NCBI GenBank assembly: GCA_963664325.2
Contig: CAXXDQ010000003.1
Span: 544,001 to 608,000, forward strand
Source: Desulfomonilia bacterium
GTDB lineage: Bacteria > Desulfobacterota > Desulfomonilia > UBA1062
Length of the DNA: 64,000 nt
Reading direction: 5' to 3'
The notes beneath the pieces are model-generated. The model worked only from the letters and a program-made list of their open reading frames with translations. It was not told where the DNA came from and made no database searches. This document shows, piece after piece, positions 40,806 through 48,985 of this stretch (the stretch's first letter is position 1; each line of letters starts with the position of its first letter). Both the position numbers and the translations under genes were made by a program.

Positions 40806-41930
40806 ATGAAAAAAGGAAGATGGCTGGTATTTGGATTACTGGGAATGGTTCTGGCGGTTGGATTGTCCGGGTGCGTTGTCTCGACCTCTCCAGGCACGGA
40901 AGATGTCATACTAATGAACCCGGGCGAAACAAAGGTTTTCAAGGTTAGCGGCGTGAATCTCAATACACCCCTAATAACAATGTGCAGGTGGTCTATCGAC
41001 AGGAAGGATGGAAATCCTGCTAAAGTTTTTGTGTACACAGATCATATAGAATTTACTGCTAATCCTGAAGGAGAGAAGTCTAACAGGGTGATAATAACTT
41101 GTGAATATTATAGGTGGTTATATGTGCCTTTTACTATTCCTGGCTATTGGGTTTTTGGATCAACAGACAGCAGTACCTGGAACATCTGCATACCTAGAGA
41201 TACCGCGCCAGTCTGGCAGGGGGATTATTATATAGCTGGCAGGACTGATGTGCAGATGCTGAACGGCTACACTGAAATCACAGGTGATTTAGATATCATT
41301 AATAGTAATTTAAAGAGTCTGGAAGGGTTAGAAAACCTTACTAATATTGGTGGGGACTTGTATATTTTAGGTAATGACGCCTTAACAAATCTATCCGGTC
41401 TTGAGAACCTTGCATCGGTGGGTGGAGACTTGGCGATTGGGGAATTTTATTATATGGGAAATGCCGCCTTAACAAGCCTGTCCGGTCTTGAAAGCTTAAC
41501 ATCGGTTGGTGGGGAGTTGATGATTAATATTAATAATGAGTTAACAAGTCTGTCCGGGCTTGAGAACTTAACATCAGTCGGTGGAGGCTTGAATATTGGG
41601 AGAAATTCCGCCTTGACAAGCCTGTCCAGTCTTGAGAACCTGACATCGGTTGGGGGATACCTGGCGATTTGGGAGAATACCGCCTTAACGAGCCTGTCCG
41701 GTCTTGAGAACCTGACATCGGTAGGTGGAGACTTGTGGATTCACTCTAATTATGCCTTAACATCTTTAGAAATGACAGGCCTTCAAAGGGTTGATGGGTA
41801 TTTCGAAATATATTATAACCCGCTGCTTTGTACATCTTTAGCCGAGGATCTTATGAACCAGGTCCTTGCAGGCGGAGGCATCGGCGGGACAAGATCTATC
41901 CACGACAACAAGGAATGCACCACGCCATGA
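40806..41930 (+). CDS. Lipoprotein: Ig-like module + LRR repeats, tandem paralogue of 39388
   Basis: Identical signal peptide MKKGRWLVFGLLGMVLAVGLSGC; about 6 LRR units; near-identical 3' end; SD ggagg before ATG 40806. Confidence 0.85.
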   Translation: MKKGRWLVFGLLGMVLAVGLSGCVVSTSPGTEDVILMNPGETKVFKVSGVNLNTPLITMCRWSIDRKDGNPAKVFVYTDHIEFTANPEGEKSNRVIITCEYYRWLYVPFTIPGYWVFGSTDSSTWNICIPRDTAPVWQGDYYIAGRTDVQMLNGYTEITGDLDIINSNLKSLEGLENLTNIGGDLYILGNDALTNLSGLENLASVGGDLAIGEFYYMGNAALTSLSGLESLTSVGGELMININNELTSLSGLENLTSVGGGLNIGRNSALTSLSSLENLTSVGGYLAIWENTALTSLSGLENLTSVGGDLWIHSNYALTSLEMTGLQRVDGYFEIYYNPLLCTSLAEDLMNQVLAGGGIGGTRSIHDNKECTTP

Positions 41931-41948
41931 GGCGATAAAAAGACTGGG

Positions 41949-41986
41949 CACCGGCTCCCGGGCTTGACCCGGGGGCCGGGTGGTTT
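41949..41986 (+). terminator. GC hairpin/terminator, copy 2
   Basis: Same hairpin sequence as 40741. Confidence 0.65.
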
Positions 41987-41999
41987 GAATTAATATTCA

Positions 42000-42080
42000 G
42001 TAATCTCGACGTCTCCTGGCACCGGCAATGTGATATTAATGATCCTGGGTGAAACACAGTTTTTCAAGATGAATCTGTAA
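42000..42080 (+). pseudogene. Fragment of a third lipoprotein N-terminus
   Basis: VISTSPGTGNVILMILGETQFFK versus VVSTSPGTEDVILMNPGETKVFK in the 40806 gene. Confidence 0.7.
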
Positions 42081-42619
42081 ATGAAATACATGATGTTGAT
42101 GATGCCAGACTTTGTCCGATAGGTGTCAACCAGTTTAAAAAGGATAATACGGGCCTTTCGAGCCTTACAGTGTATGGTCTTGGTTGGATGAGTTCTGAAG
42201 GGGGCGGACGATATTGGAATTACCCGTGGTTTTCAGAAGCTTATTAAAATCTTATGGTTCACTGGGAACCGCTTTTAAGGGCAGGATTCAAAAGGAAACA
42301 GAAGATTTCCTCAAAAGATAAAATGTCCTGTGGAGGTCTTGAGGTATCCGGAAATGAAGGCTTCCTCCCCGGATACCGTGCCGCAATGCTTAAACTTTCT
42401 GACAATCTTTCAGTTATCTATTTTATTAATGAGTCCTATTCTGATGAGATCAGAGACGAATCGAGAATCCAGCCAAAAAGATTTAGACATTATGCTTCAG
42501 CATGCGATGGGGCGCCTGAGTTGTTGAAAACTGACGGCGCTTTTCCCCATGATAGAGTGAAAGTTATCAAGCTGGAATACGTTCTATTAAAGATTGCTGC
42601 CAGTTTTAATAGGCCTTAG
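42071..42619 (+). pseudogene. 3' remnant of a paralogue of the 27107 serine hydrolase
   Basis: ESVNEIHDVDDARLCPIGVNQFKKDNTGLSSLTVYGLGWMSSE... aligns to 28301-28855; in-frame TAA at 42245; no SxxK half. Confidence 0.85.
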
Positions 42620-42643
42620 AATATTTGTTATTGATTTCCACTA

Positions 42644-42671
42644 TTGAATATGTCCTATTATATAGTATAAT
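42644..42671 (+). promoter_or_regulatory. Putative sigma70 promoter for the two short lipoproteins
   Basis: TTGAAT-16 bp-TATAAT. Confidence 0.45.
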
Positions 42672-42750
42672 TTAAGATCAAGTTGTTGAATGAACTTTTA
42701 ATGCTTTAATATGTATATGAACATTGTTTTAAGAAAGAGAGGTAGAAAAC

Positions 42751-43101
42751 GTGAAAAGCACAATGAGAATGGTAATGATTTTATTAATCTCCCTGATGTT
42801 TTCAAGTTGTATAATTTCTTCATCTCCCGAAGGGAACTCATTGAGCCTTAGCGAATCACAATATCAACTGTTTTTGGTTGCAGCTGCAAAACCAGCATTT
42901 CCATCCAATTCTTCCTTGCACTATAACTGGTTTATTGACGGAGTCTGGAAAACAGAGAACCCGTCAATTTTCTATTCTCCGTCTGCTTCCGATATCGGCA
43001 ATACTGTAACCATCCTGTGCCGTGTAACTGTGACGAATGACAATAATGGTGTAATAACCTCGAGTGATGACCGTAAATGGCAAGTAACAGTGACTCCTTA
43101 A
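42751..43101 (+). CDS. Small lipoprotein consisting only of the shared Ig-like module
   Basis: FSSC-IISSSP; YNWFIDG; ends SDDRKWQVTVTP; SD gagagg. Confidence 0.75.
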   Translation: MKSTMRMVMILLISLMFSSCIISSSPEGNSLSLSESQYQLFLVAAAKPAFPSNSSLHYNWFIDGVWKTENPSIFYSPSASDIGNTVTILCRVTVTNDNNGVITSSDDRKWQVTVTP

Positions 43102-43135
43102 AATTTTAAAGCAGAAAGAGAAAGGAGAAATACTC

Positions 43136-43477
43136 ATGAAAGCATTAAAATATTTAGGATTACTTATCGTGATGTTATGCCTGTCAGGATGTATAATAGT
43201 ATCAGCTACGCCGGAACAGTCTGAGATATCGATGGACATCGGGGATAGTGTTAATTTTACTATTGTTGCATCAAGTATGGGTTATCAGGGCAGCATAGTA
43301 CAATCCTGGTATGTCAATGATATAAAAACAGGATGGTCCACGGTGAGTTTTCCATTCTTTGCACTCAGTTCAGGGACCTTTGAGATAGAAGGGAGAGTTG
43401 ACATAGTCAGGCATTTGAAAACAGGTGATAAAATAGTTGCTACCGAATCACGATTCTGGACAGTCACCGTTGAATGA
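43136..43477 (+). CDS. Small lipoprotein consisting only of the shared Ig-like module
   Basis: LSGC-IIVSATP; SWYVND; ends TESRFWTVTVE; SD aaggag. Confidence 0.75.
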   Translation: MKALKYLGLLIVMLCLSGCIIVSATPEQSEISMDIGDSVNFTIVASSMGYQGSIVQSWYVNDIKTGWSTVSFPFFALSSGTFEIEGRVDIVRHLKTGDKIVATESRFWTVTVE

Positions 43478-43655
43478 TGCGGTTCCTGTTTCAAGGGTAT
43501 CCTGACATGCATTTATAATGTCGGCATTGTTCAGGGATGCTGAACCGTTACCTTTGTTACGTGAAATAAAATATTTTCAGGTCTGACCTCGTTTATACTG
43601 GACTGGAATATTACAGGAACAATATATCATATGGAAACCATACACAGTATCAGCT

Positions 43656-44342
43656 TTATTTCATCTTATACCGTTTTTCATAAAGCCCGCTGTCGAATGG
43701 AGCCCTCCTGCCCGGGCAGTCCTGACGCGGACAGAGCTGGCAGTTGTGGAATATTTCTCCTGAAGCGTAGGTCAGGCCGCTAACCGATTTGAGAGGTTTC
43801 ATAAGGAAGCTCTCGTTTAGCATTATTCCTATATCGGCGGTTTCTTTTTTCATCAGGGTGAACAGTTTTGCCTGCTCCGTTATCGGCCAGTCCTCAAGGG
43901 AACCGGGGTTCATGGTTGAGACGGTTTCGGCATCCAGAATCCGTTTAATCCTTTCATTTACTTCCTGCATGGCGGTGCCCAGGGCGAGAAACATTATGGT
44001 GTCTGCCCAGAACTGTTCTAGGTAACTGTCAAACTGTGAAGACCAGTCATCAAGCTCGGTCCCACAGGTTGCGGCAAAAACAGTCAGATTCGGAGAGTCC
44101 TTCAGGTTGACTGAAAGGACACGGCTGTTAAGCGTTATGCCTTCTACGGTAATGAAGTCGTCTCCGCAATTCATAATATCCAGAACCCTCAAGGCGGCCT
44201 TTGGCTTTGCAACTTCCAATGCCGATCTGGAAATTTCAGAAAGCCTTAGGGCCAATGATGAACCCGGACGCACCTTTAACCCTTCACGGAGAAGCCCTTC
44301 ATCGATGTCAAAGGGTATATTGTCAATGATTATGGATTCCAT
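43656..44342 (-). CDS. Vitamin B12-dependent methionine synthase activation-domain-like protein
   Basis: ATCGTELD, MNPGSLEDWPITEQ, MKPLKSVSG, CQLCPRQDCPGRR; corrinoid operon context. Confidence 0.75.
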   Translation of the reverse strand: MESIIIDNIPFDIDEGLLREGLKVRPGSSLALRLSEISRSALEVAKPKAALRVLDIMNCGDDFITVEGITLNSRVLSVNLKDSPNLTVFAATCGTELDDWSSQFDSYLEQFWADTIMFLALGTAMQEVNERIKRILDAETVSTMNPGSLEDWPITEQAKLFTLMKKETADIGIMLNESFLMKPLKSVSGLTYASGEIFHNCQLCPRQDCPGRRAPFDSGLYEKRYKMK

Positions 44343-44354
44343 TCAGACCTCTCT

Positions 44355-45911
44355 TTACGGAAAATTTATAGAATCTATGAAAACCTTCTGGAAGGACGAA
44401 TCCTGAGTGAGTACAACCTCTTCGGTTAAGTCCCTGAGATTTTTTGCCATATCTTCAAACCCTTTCTCGAACGAGGCTTTTTCGGCTGCCATAAGGCTTG
44501 TATTGCCCAGGAAAACCCAGCCGGCATTATTAAATTGAGGAATAAAACCAAGCCTTCTGAAAGATTCAATATCCAGGTGTTCACCCAATGCTCCGGCCAG
44601 GACAACATTTTTTATCTCGGCTTCTTTTATGCCCGCCTTTTGCAGCAGAAGCTGGGAGGCCGCCAGGCTTGCCGCCTTTGCAAGCTGAAGGTTTCTTATG
44701 TCCATCTGGGTCAATTTTATATCTTCCCAGAGCAGTATCTCCTTGATGCCATCCCGTTCTGAATATCTTGCCGGTCGGGGAATGCCGCCATGGTTTATTA
44801 CGCCCGTTTTGCTGATCGTTCCTTCTCCCAGCAATAAAGAGACGAGGTCAATGATGGCAGTACCCGTTATGCCTGCCGGTCTGCCTTCGCCTGCCATTTC
44901 ATAAACAAGTCCATCCTGTGAAGTTTTAATATGTGTTATTGCACCGTCGTCGGCAGTCATGCCGCAGGACATGTTCATTCCTTCAAGGGCCGGGCCCATG
45001 GCGCAGGACGTTGCCATGGTCCTGCCTGAATCATCTGCCAGAAACAATTCGCCGTTTGTACCGAGATCGATGAAAAAGGTGTTCTTTTCCAGGCCCCTTT
45101 CACGGCACATGGCCAGGCCTGCAACAAGGTCGCTTCCGAGGTATGCGGCCCGTGAGGGCAGGGCGGAAACCTCTGCATTAATGAACGCATCGCCGCCGAT
45201 TTCTGCTGCATGATTACCGGTAAAGTCCAGCAGGGGAGCCTTGTAAGGTGCATAGCCTATCGGTGCCGGGTCGATTCCATAAAAGAGGCAGAGCATGGTT
45301 GTGTTTCCTGAAAGAATGAATCTGGTAACCTTTGATGGAGATATGCCTGAAAAATCGCATGCCTCTTTCGCGCTGATAAAAACCGCCTCCCTTATCAGCG
45401 ACGACATGCGTTTCATGGCCTTGGGGTCAGCCGCAGCAGCTATCCTTGAGATAACATCCTGCCCGTATCGTCTCTGGGGGTTAAGGAATGACGGAAGCCG
45501 GTAAACTTTTTTCGCTCCGGTGTCCACAAGAGACATTTTCACCGTAGTGGTGCCTATATCAGCGGCAAATGAGACTACTTCAGGTTTCTGAATTCGCTGC
45601 AGCCTGGGAAGCTCATCTCCAGTCTCAAGCGCTTCCTTATGATGGCCTTTCCTTTCAATATAAACGCTTATGTCGGTGTTGATTTCCTGCTTGCATGCAA
45701 GCACGTCATTAAACGGCTTGCCATCAATTGATATGCTCACCTTGCATTTGCCGCATGAGCCTTTGCCCCCGCAAGGGGTTTTCAAAAGGACACCCATGTC
45801 AAGCAGGGCTTCCCATAAAGGCATACCTGAAGGGAATTCTTCTTGAGGACCCTCAGGTAAGAGCTTGAGCTTAAACAGCCTGTCGGCCATCTCTGAACCC
45901 GGGTGCTTCAA
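44355..45911 (-). CDS. Reductive activator of corrinoid proteins (2Fe-2S + ASKHA ATPase, RACo/DUF4445); start may be ATG 45890
   Basis: CGGKGSCGKC...LAC; DIGTTT; NPQRRYGQDVISRI; DLGTNGE; GPALEG; LAGALG. Confidence 0.88.
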   Translation of the reverse strand: MKHPGSEMADRLFKLKLLPEGPQEEFPSGMPLWEALLDMGVLLKTPCGGKGSCGKCKVSISIDGKPFNDVLACKQEINTDISVYIERKGHHKEALETGDELPRLQRIQKPEVVSFAADIGTTTVKMSLVDTGAKKVYRLPSFLNPQRRYGQDVISRIAAAADPKAMKRMSSLIREAVFISAKEACDFSGISPSKVTRFILSGNTTMLCLFYGIDPAPIGYAPYKAPLLDFTGNHAAEIGGDAFINAEVSALPSRAAYLGSDLVAGLAMCRERGLEKNTFFIDLGTNGELFLADDSGRTMATSCAMGPALEGMNMSCGMTADDGAITHIKTSQDGLVYEMAGEGRPAGITGTAIIDLVSLLLGEGTISKTGVINHGGIPRPARYSERDGIKEILLWEDIKLTQMDIRNLQLAKAASLAASQLLLQKAGIKEAEIKNVVLAGALGEHLDIESFRRLGFIPQFNNAGWVFLGNTSLMAAEKASFEKGFEDMAKNLRDLTEEVVLTQDSSFQKVFIDSINFP

Positions 45912-45999
45912 CGACCAGGACTGTTCCGCATGAATTTTCCCGGAAGGAAGCTGGTAATACCCGTTGCAAAAGCCGCAATTAAAGTAACAGATAAGCCCA

Positions 46000-46635
46000 T
46001 CAGGAAGCGAGGCTCAGTTCGTCGAAGATGCGGACGGCCTGTACTGCGTTTTCACCGTAAGCGTCCGCGCCCATCTCGTCGCAAAGCCTCTGAGACGTGC
46101 AGGCCCCGCCGATTGCAACCTTGGCCTTGATGCCCGCATTCTTCAGGCCCTGAACGACCTGTGATATGTTGCTGACCATCGTGCTGAGAAGAACGGAAAG
46201 CCCGACCAGCCTGGCCCCGGTTTCTTTAGCCGTCCTGACGATCTTGTCCGCATCCACGTCAACGCCCAGGTCTATCACCTCGAACCCGTTTGCACCGAGC
46301 AGCATGCCCACGATGTTCTTGCCTATCTCATGGATGTCGCCCTTGACGGTTGCCAGGATGACCTTGCCTTTTTTCCCTGCTTCATTCGGGTCCATCTTCG
46401 CCTTGATAAGCGGCATGGCCTCGTTGACGACTTCGCCAGCCATGACGAGGTCGGCCAGGAAATATTCCCCGGACTCGAAGAGCTCGCCCACCCTGGCAAG
46501 TCCCGGGGCTATGCCGTCCTGTATGATGGCTATCGGGCTCACCCCCTCTGAAAGGCACTGCTCGACAAGCACCAGTATCCCGTCAATGTCCATTTCCTCG
46601 ACAGCCTTATTAACCTTAAGTAAACTCTCGCTCAT
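46000..46635 (-). CDS. Corrinoid (cobalamin-binding) methyl-acceptor protein
   Basis: VGELFESGEYF cap; GDIHEIGKN (DxHxxG); DLGVDV; IGGA. Confidence 0.93.
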   Translation of the reverse strand: MSESLLKVNKAVEEMDIDGILVLVEQCLSEGVSPIAIIQDGIAPGLARVGELFESGEYFLADLVMAGEVVNEAMPLIKAKMDPNEAGKKGKVILATVKGDIHEIGKNIVGMLLGANGFEVIDLGVDVDADKIVRTAKETGARLVGLSVLLSTMVSNISQVVQGLKNAGIKAKVAIGGACTSQRLCDEMGADAYGENAVQAVRIFDELSLAS

Positions 46636-46650
46636 ATCGGCTCCTTTTTT

Positions 46651-47814
46651 TCAGGCGGTTACGCCCGTATATTTACCATACTCACGCGCTGCATCAATCA
46701 TTACTTTAAGCTTGCGTGCGGGGACCGAGCTCAGTGAATGCGCAGGCGAAAGGATATACCTTCCGCCCGGAGCCAGTCCGGCAATAAGCCTTTTCACCTC
46801 TTCGACTACCTCTTCATCCTTTGAGCGGTCTGTCAGCAGGTAGTCGACTCCGACATTTCCGATGATCGTGATCCTGTCGCCGTGCAGCTTTTTTTCTTTG
46901 AATATGTCGACGTTGGATGTCGGCTCATAGGCATGGAATCCGTCAAAACCCCAGGAGATGAACGTGTCGAACAGCAGCGTGTTGTCGCCGCACGAATGCA
47001 GGATGATCTTGCCGCCCCGGTCATGCGCCGCCCTTGTGAGCCTTCTGTAATGGGGCCCGAAAAGCTCATCGCTGAGCCTGGGGTTGAATGTGGGCCCGGT
47101 CTTGTAGGCGAAGTCATCACCCTGCAGCACGACCTTAATCCCGGCGTCCATCATGGCCATGACACCAGCCATGCCTATCGAGGCTGTCCAGTCGACGAAC
47201 CGCTTAATCAGGTCTTTTTCTTTCCTGATCCAGAGAGGGGCACGGTCGAAACCTATTGCTCCGACTATGCTCTCGTGCATGCCGAATGCAGCCTGGCCGA
47301 TAATACATATGTCTTGGCCATATTGGCTCAGTGCTTTTTTAAAGAAGACATATATCCTTTCTGCGAAATCGGAAGGTTTTTCGAAGTGCGGCCATTCCTC
47401 AAAGGCCTGCCTTGATGTAAGCGCCGGGCCTTTGTACATATAGTCGGCGTTTCCGTATGCATCCTCGATTAAAGTATAGATCATGCCGTTTATGGTGGCG
47501 ATCGTCTTTGAATCGACAAGCAGCGTTTCACAGCCGCTTAATAGCCATATTGCATCAAATCCCAGTTTGACCGCAGCCCTGATATGGGAGAGGTATGAAT
47601 CCCAGATGACTTGTCTTAACAGCCGGTTGTTTATTTTCCAGCCCCTGTCCATAAGCCAGTTCATAATAGGGTTTTTCGCGAAAAAGGATGGCGGGATCAG
47701 GGGTTTTCCAAGCACTTCCTGCGATGTTCTGTCCTCCATTCCTACGCACATTACCGGCACCCTGTCTGTTTTTTCTCCCTCCAGCGTCCTGATAATCAGT
47801 TCCGTTTTATTCAT
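46651..47814 (-). CDS. Uroporphyrinogen decarboxylase/MT2-family methyltransferase, paralogue 3
   Basis: DRVPV, GDDFAYKTGP, LHSCGDN, GNVG, PGGRYILSPAHS; ATG 47814. Confidence 0.85.
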   Translation of the reverse strand: MNKTELIIRTLEGEKTDRVPVMCVGMEDRTSQEVLGKPLIPPSFFAKNPIMNWLMDRGWKINNRLLRQVIWDSYLSHIRAAVKLGFDAIWLLSGCETLLVDSKTIATINGMIYTLIEDAYGNADYMYKGPALTSRQAFEEWPHFEKPSDFAERIYVFFKKALSQYGQDICIIGQAAFGMHESIVGAIGFDRAPLWIRKEKDLIKRFVDWTASIGMAGVMAMMDAGIKVVLQGDDFAYKTGPTFNPRLSDELFGPHYRRLTRAAHDRGGKIILHSCGDNTLLFDTFISWGFDGFHAYEPTSNVDIFKEKKLHGDRITIIGNVGVDYLLTDRSKDEEVVEEVKRLIAGLAPGGRYILSPAHSLSSVPARKLKVMIDAAREYGKYTGVTA

Positions 47815-47818
47815 AAAG

Positions 47819-48982
47819 TCAGGCCTCGTTTTCAGGATAAGCGCCGTACATTCTGGCGGCTTCAACCATAAGCTTCATTTTCGAGGCCGGAATGCTGCTC
47901 AGGCTGTGACCCGGTGCAAGGATGAACCTTCCGCCGGGCGCCAGTTCCCTGATAAGCCTTTTAACCTCATCAACAACTTCTTCATCCTTTGACCGGTCTG
48001 TAAGAAGGTAGTCAACGCCCATGCCTCCCATGATTGTCGCAGCCTGGCCGTGGATTCTCTTTTCCTTGAATATGTCCACGGTCGATGTGGTCTCATAGGC
48101 ATGAAAACCGTCAAAACCCCATTTTATGAACATGTCGAAAAGTACGGTATTGTCTCCGCATGAATGCAGCATTATCTTTGCCCCGCGGTCGTGAACAGCT
48201 TTGATGATCCTGGTGTAGTATGGTCCGAACAGTTCATCCAGAACTTTTGGAGAGAAAACCGGTCCCGTTTTGTATGCGAAATCGTCCCCCTGCAGAATAA
48301 CCTTTACACCGGCGTCAAGGACGGCCATTGTCCCCTTGAAAACAAGCTCGGAGCACCAGTCGGTGTAGCGCCTGGTGAGCTCCCTTTCCTTCCTTATCCA
48401 AAGGGGCATGCGATCGAATCCGACCGCACAGAGCATGCTCTCCTGAATCCCGGCGCAGGCACAGCCCATTATGCAGATGTCATCGCCGTACTTTGCCGTA
48501 TTCTTTTTAAAAAACCTGTATGTCTTCTGTGCGTAGTCATCCGGCTTTACAAAATATGGCCATGCCTCATATGCCTCTGCCGATGTTATGGCAGGTCCGC
48601 GGTACATGTAGGTCATGTTGCCGTAGCCGTCATCGATGAGGTTGTAGACCATACCGTTGACGTTGGCCAGGGTGTCATAGTCCGAGATCATCATGTTCTC
48701 GCCGGAAAGAAGCCACATGGCGTCAAAACCGAGTTTTATCGCAGCCTGGGTGTGTTTGCCCATTCCCCCGTTGATGGCCGTATGCGCAATCAGGTTGCTC
48801 AGGCCGTGATAATTGTTCATCACATGCTTCATGACAGGGTTTCTGAAAAGCACTTTCCCGGGGATGAGCGGCTTGCCGAAGATTTCATTCACAGCCCTGT
48901 CTTCAAGACCTGCGCACATTACCGGCACACGGTCCACCGGTTTACCTTCAAGAGTCCTGATAATCCTTTCGACCGGGTTCAT
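47819..48982 (-). CDS. UroD/MT2-family methyltransferase, paralogue 2
   Basis: DRVPV, GDDFAYKTGP, LHSCGDN, PGGRFILAPGHS. Confidence 0.85.
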   Translation of the reverse strand: MNPVERIIRTLEGKPVDRVPVMCAGLEDRAVNEIFGKPLIPGKVLFRNPVMKHVMNNYHGLSNLIAHTAINGGMGKHTQAAIKLGFDAMWLLSGENMMISDYDTLANVNGMVYNLIDDGYGNMTYMYRGPAITSAEAYEAWPYFVKPDDYAQKTYRFFKKNTAKYGDDICIMGCACAGIQESMLCAVGFDRMPLWIRKERELTRRYTDWCSELVFKGTMAVLDAGVKVILQGDDFAYKTGPVFSPKVLDELFGPYYTRIIKAVHDRGAKIMLHSCGDNTVLFDMFIKWGFDGFHAYETTSTVDIFKEKRIHGQAATIMGGMGVDYLLTDRSKDEEVVDEVKRLIRELAPGGRFILAPGHSLSSIPASKMKLMVEAARMYGAYPENEA

Positions 48983-48985
48983 GTA

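Noticed and set aside
39960-41770. CRISPR array (constant repeat + variable spacer look)
   Set aside because: Units are in-frame LRR codons inside ORFs, repeats are imperfect, and no cas genes are present
32000-43550. Integron cassette array
   Set aside because: No integrase and no consistent RYYYAAC...GTTRRRY attC sites after the genes; the hairpin at ~43480-43548 lacks proper cores
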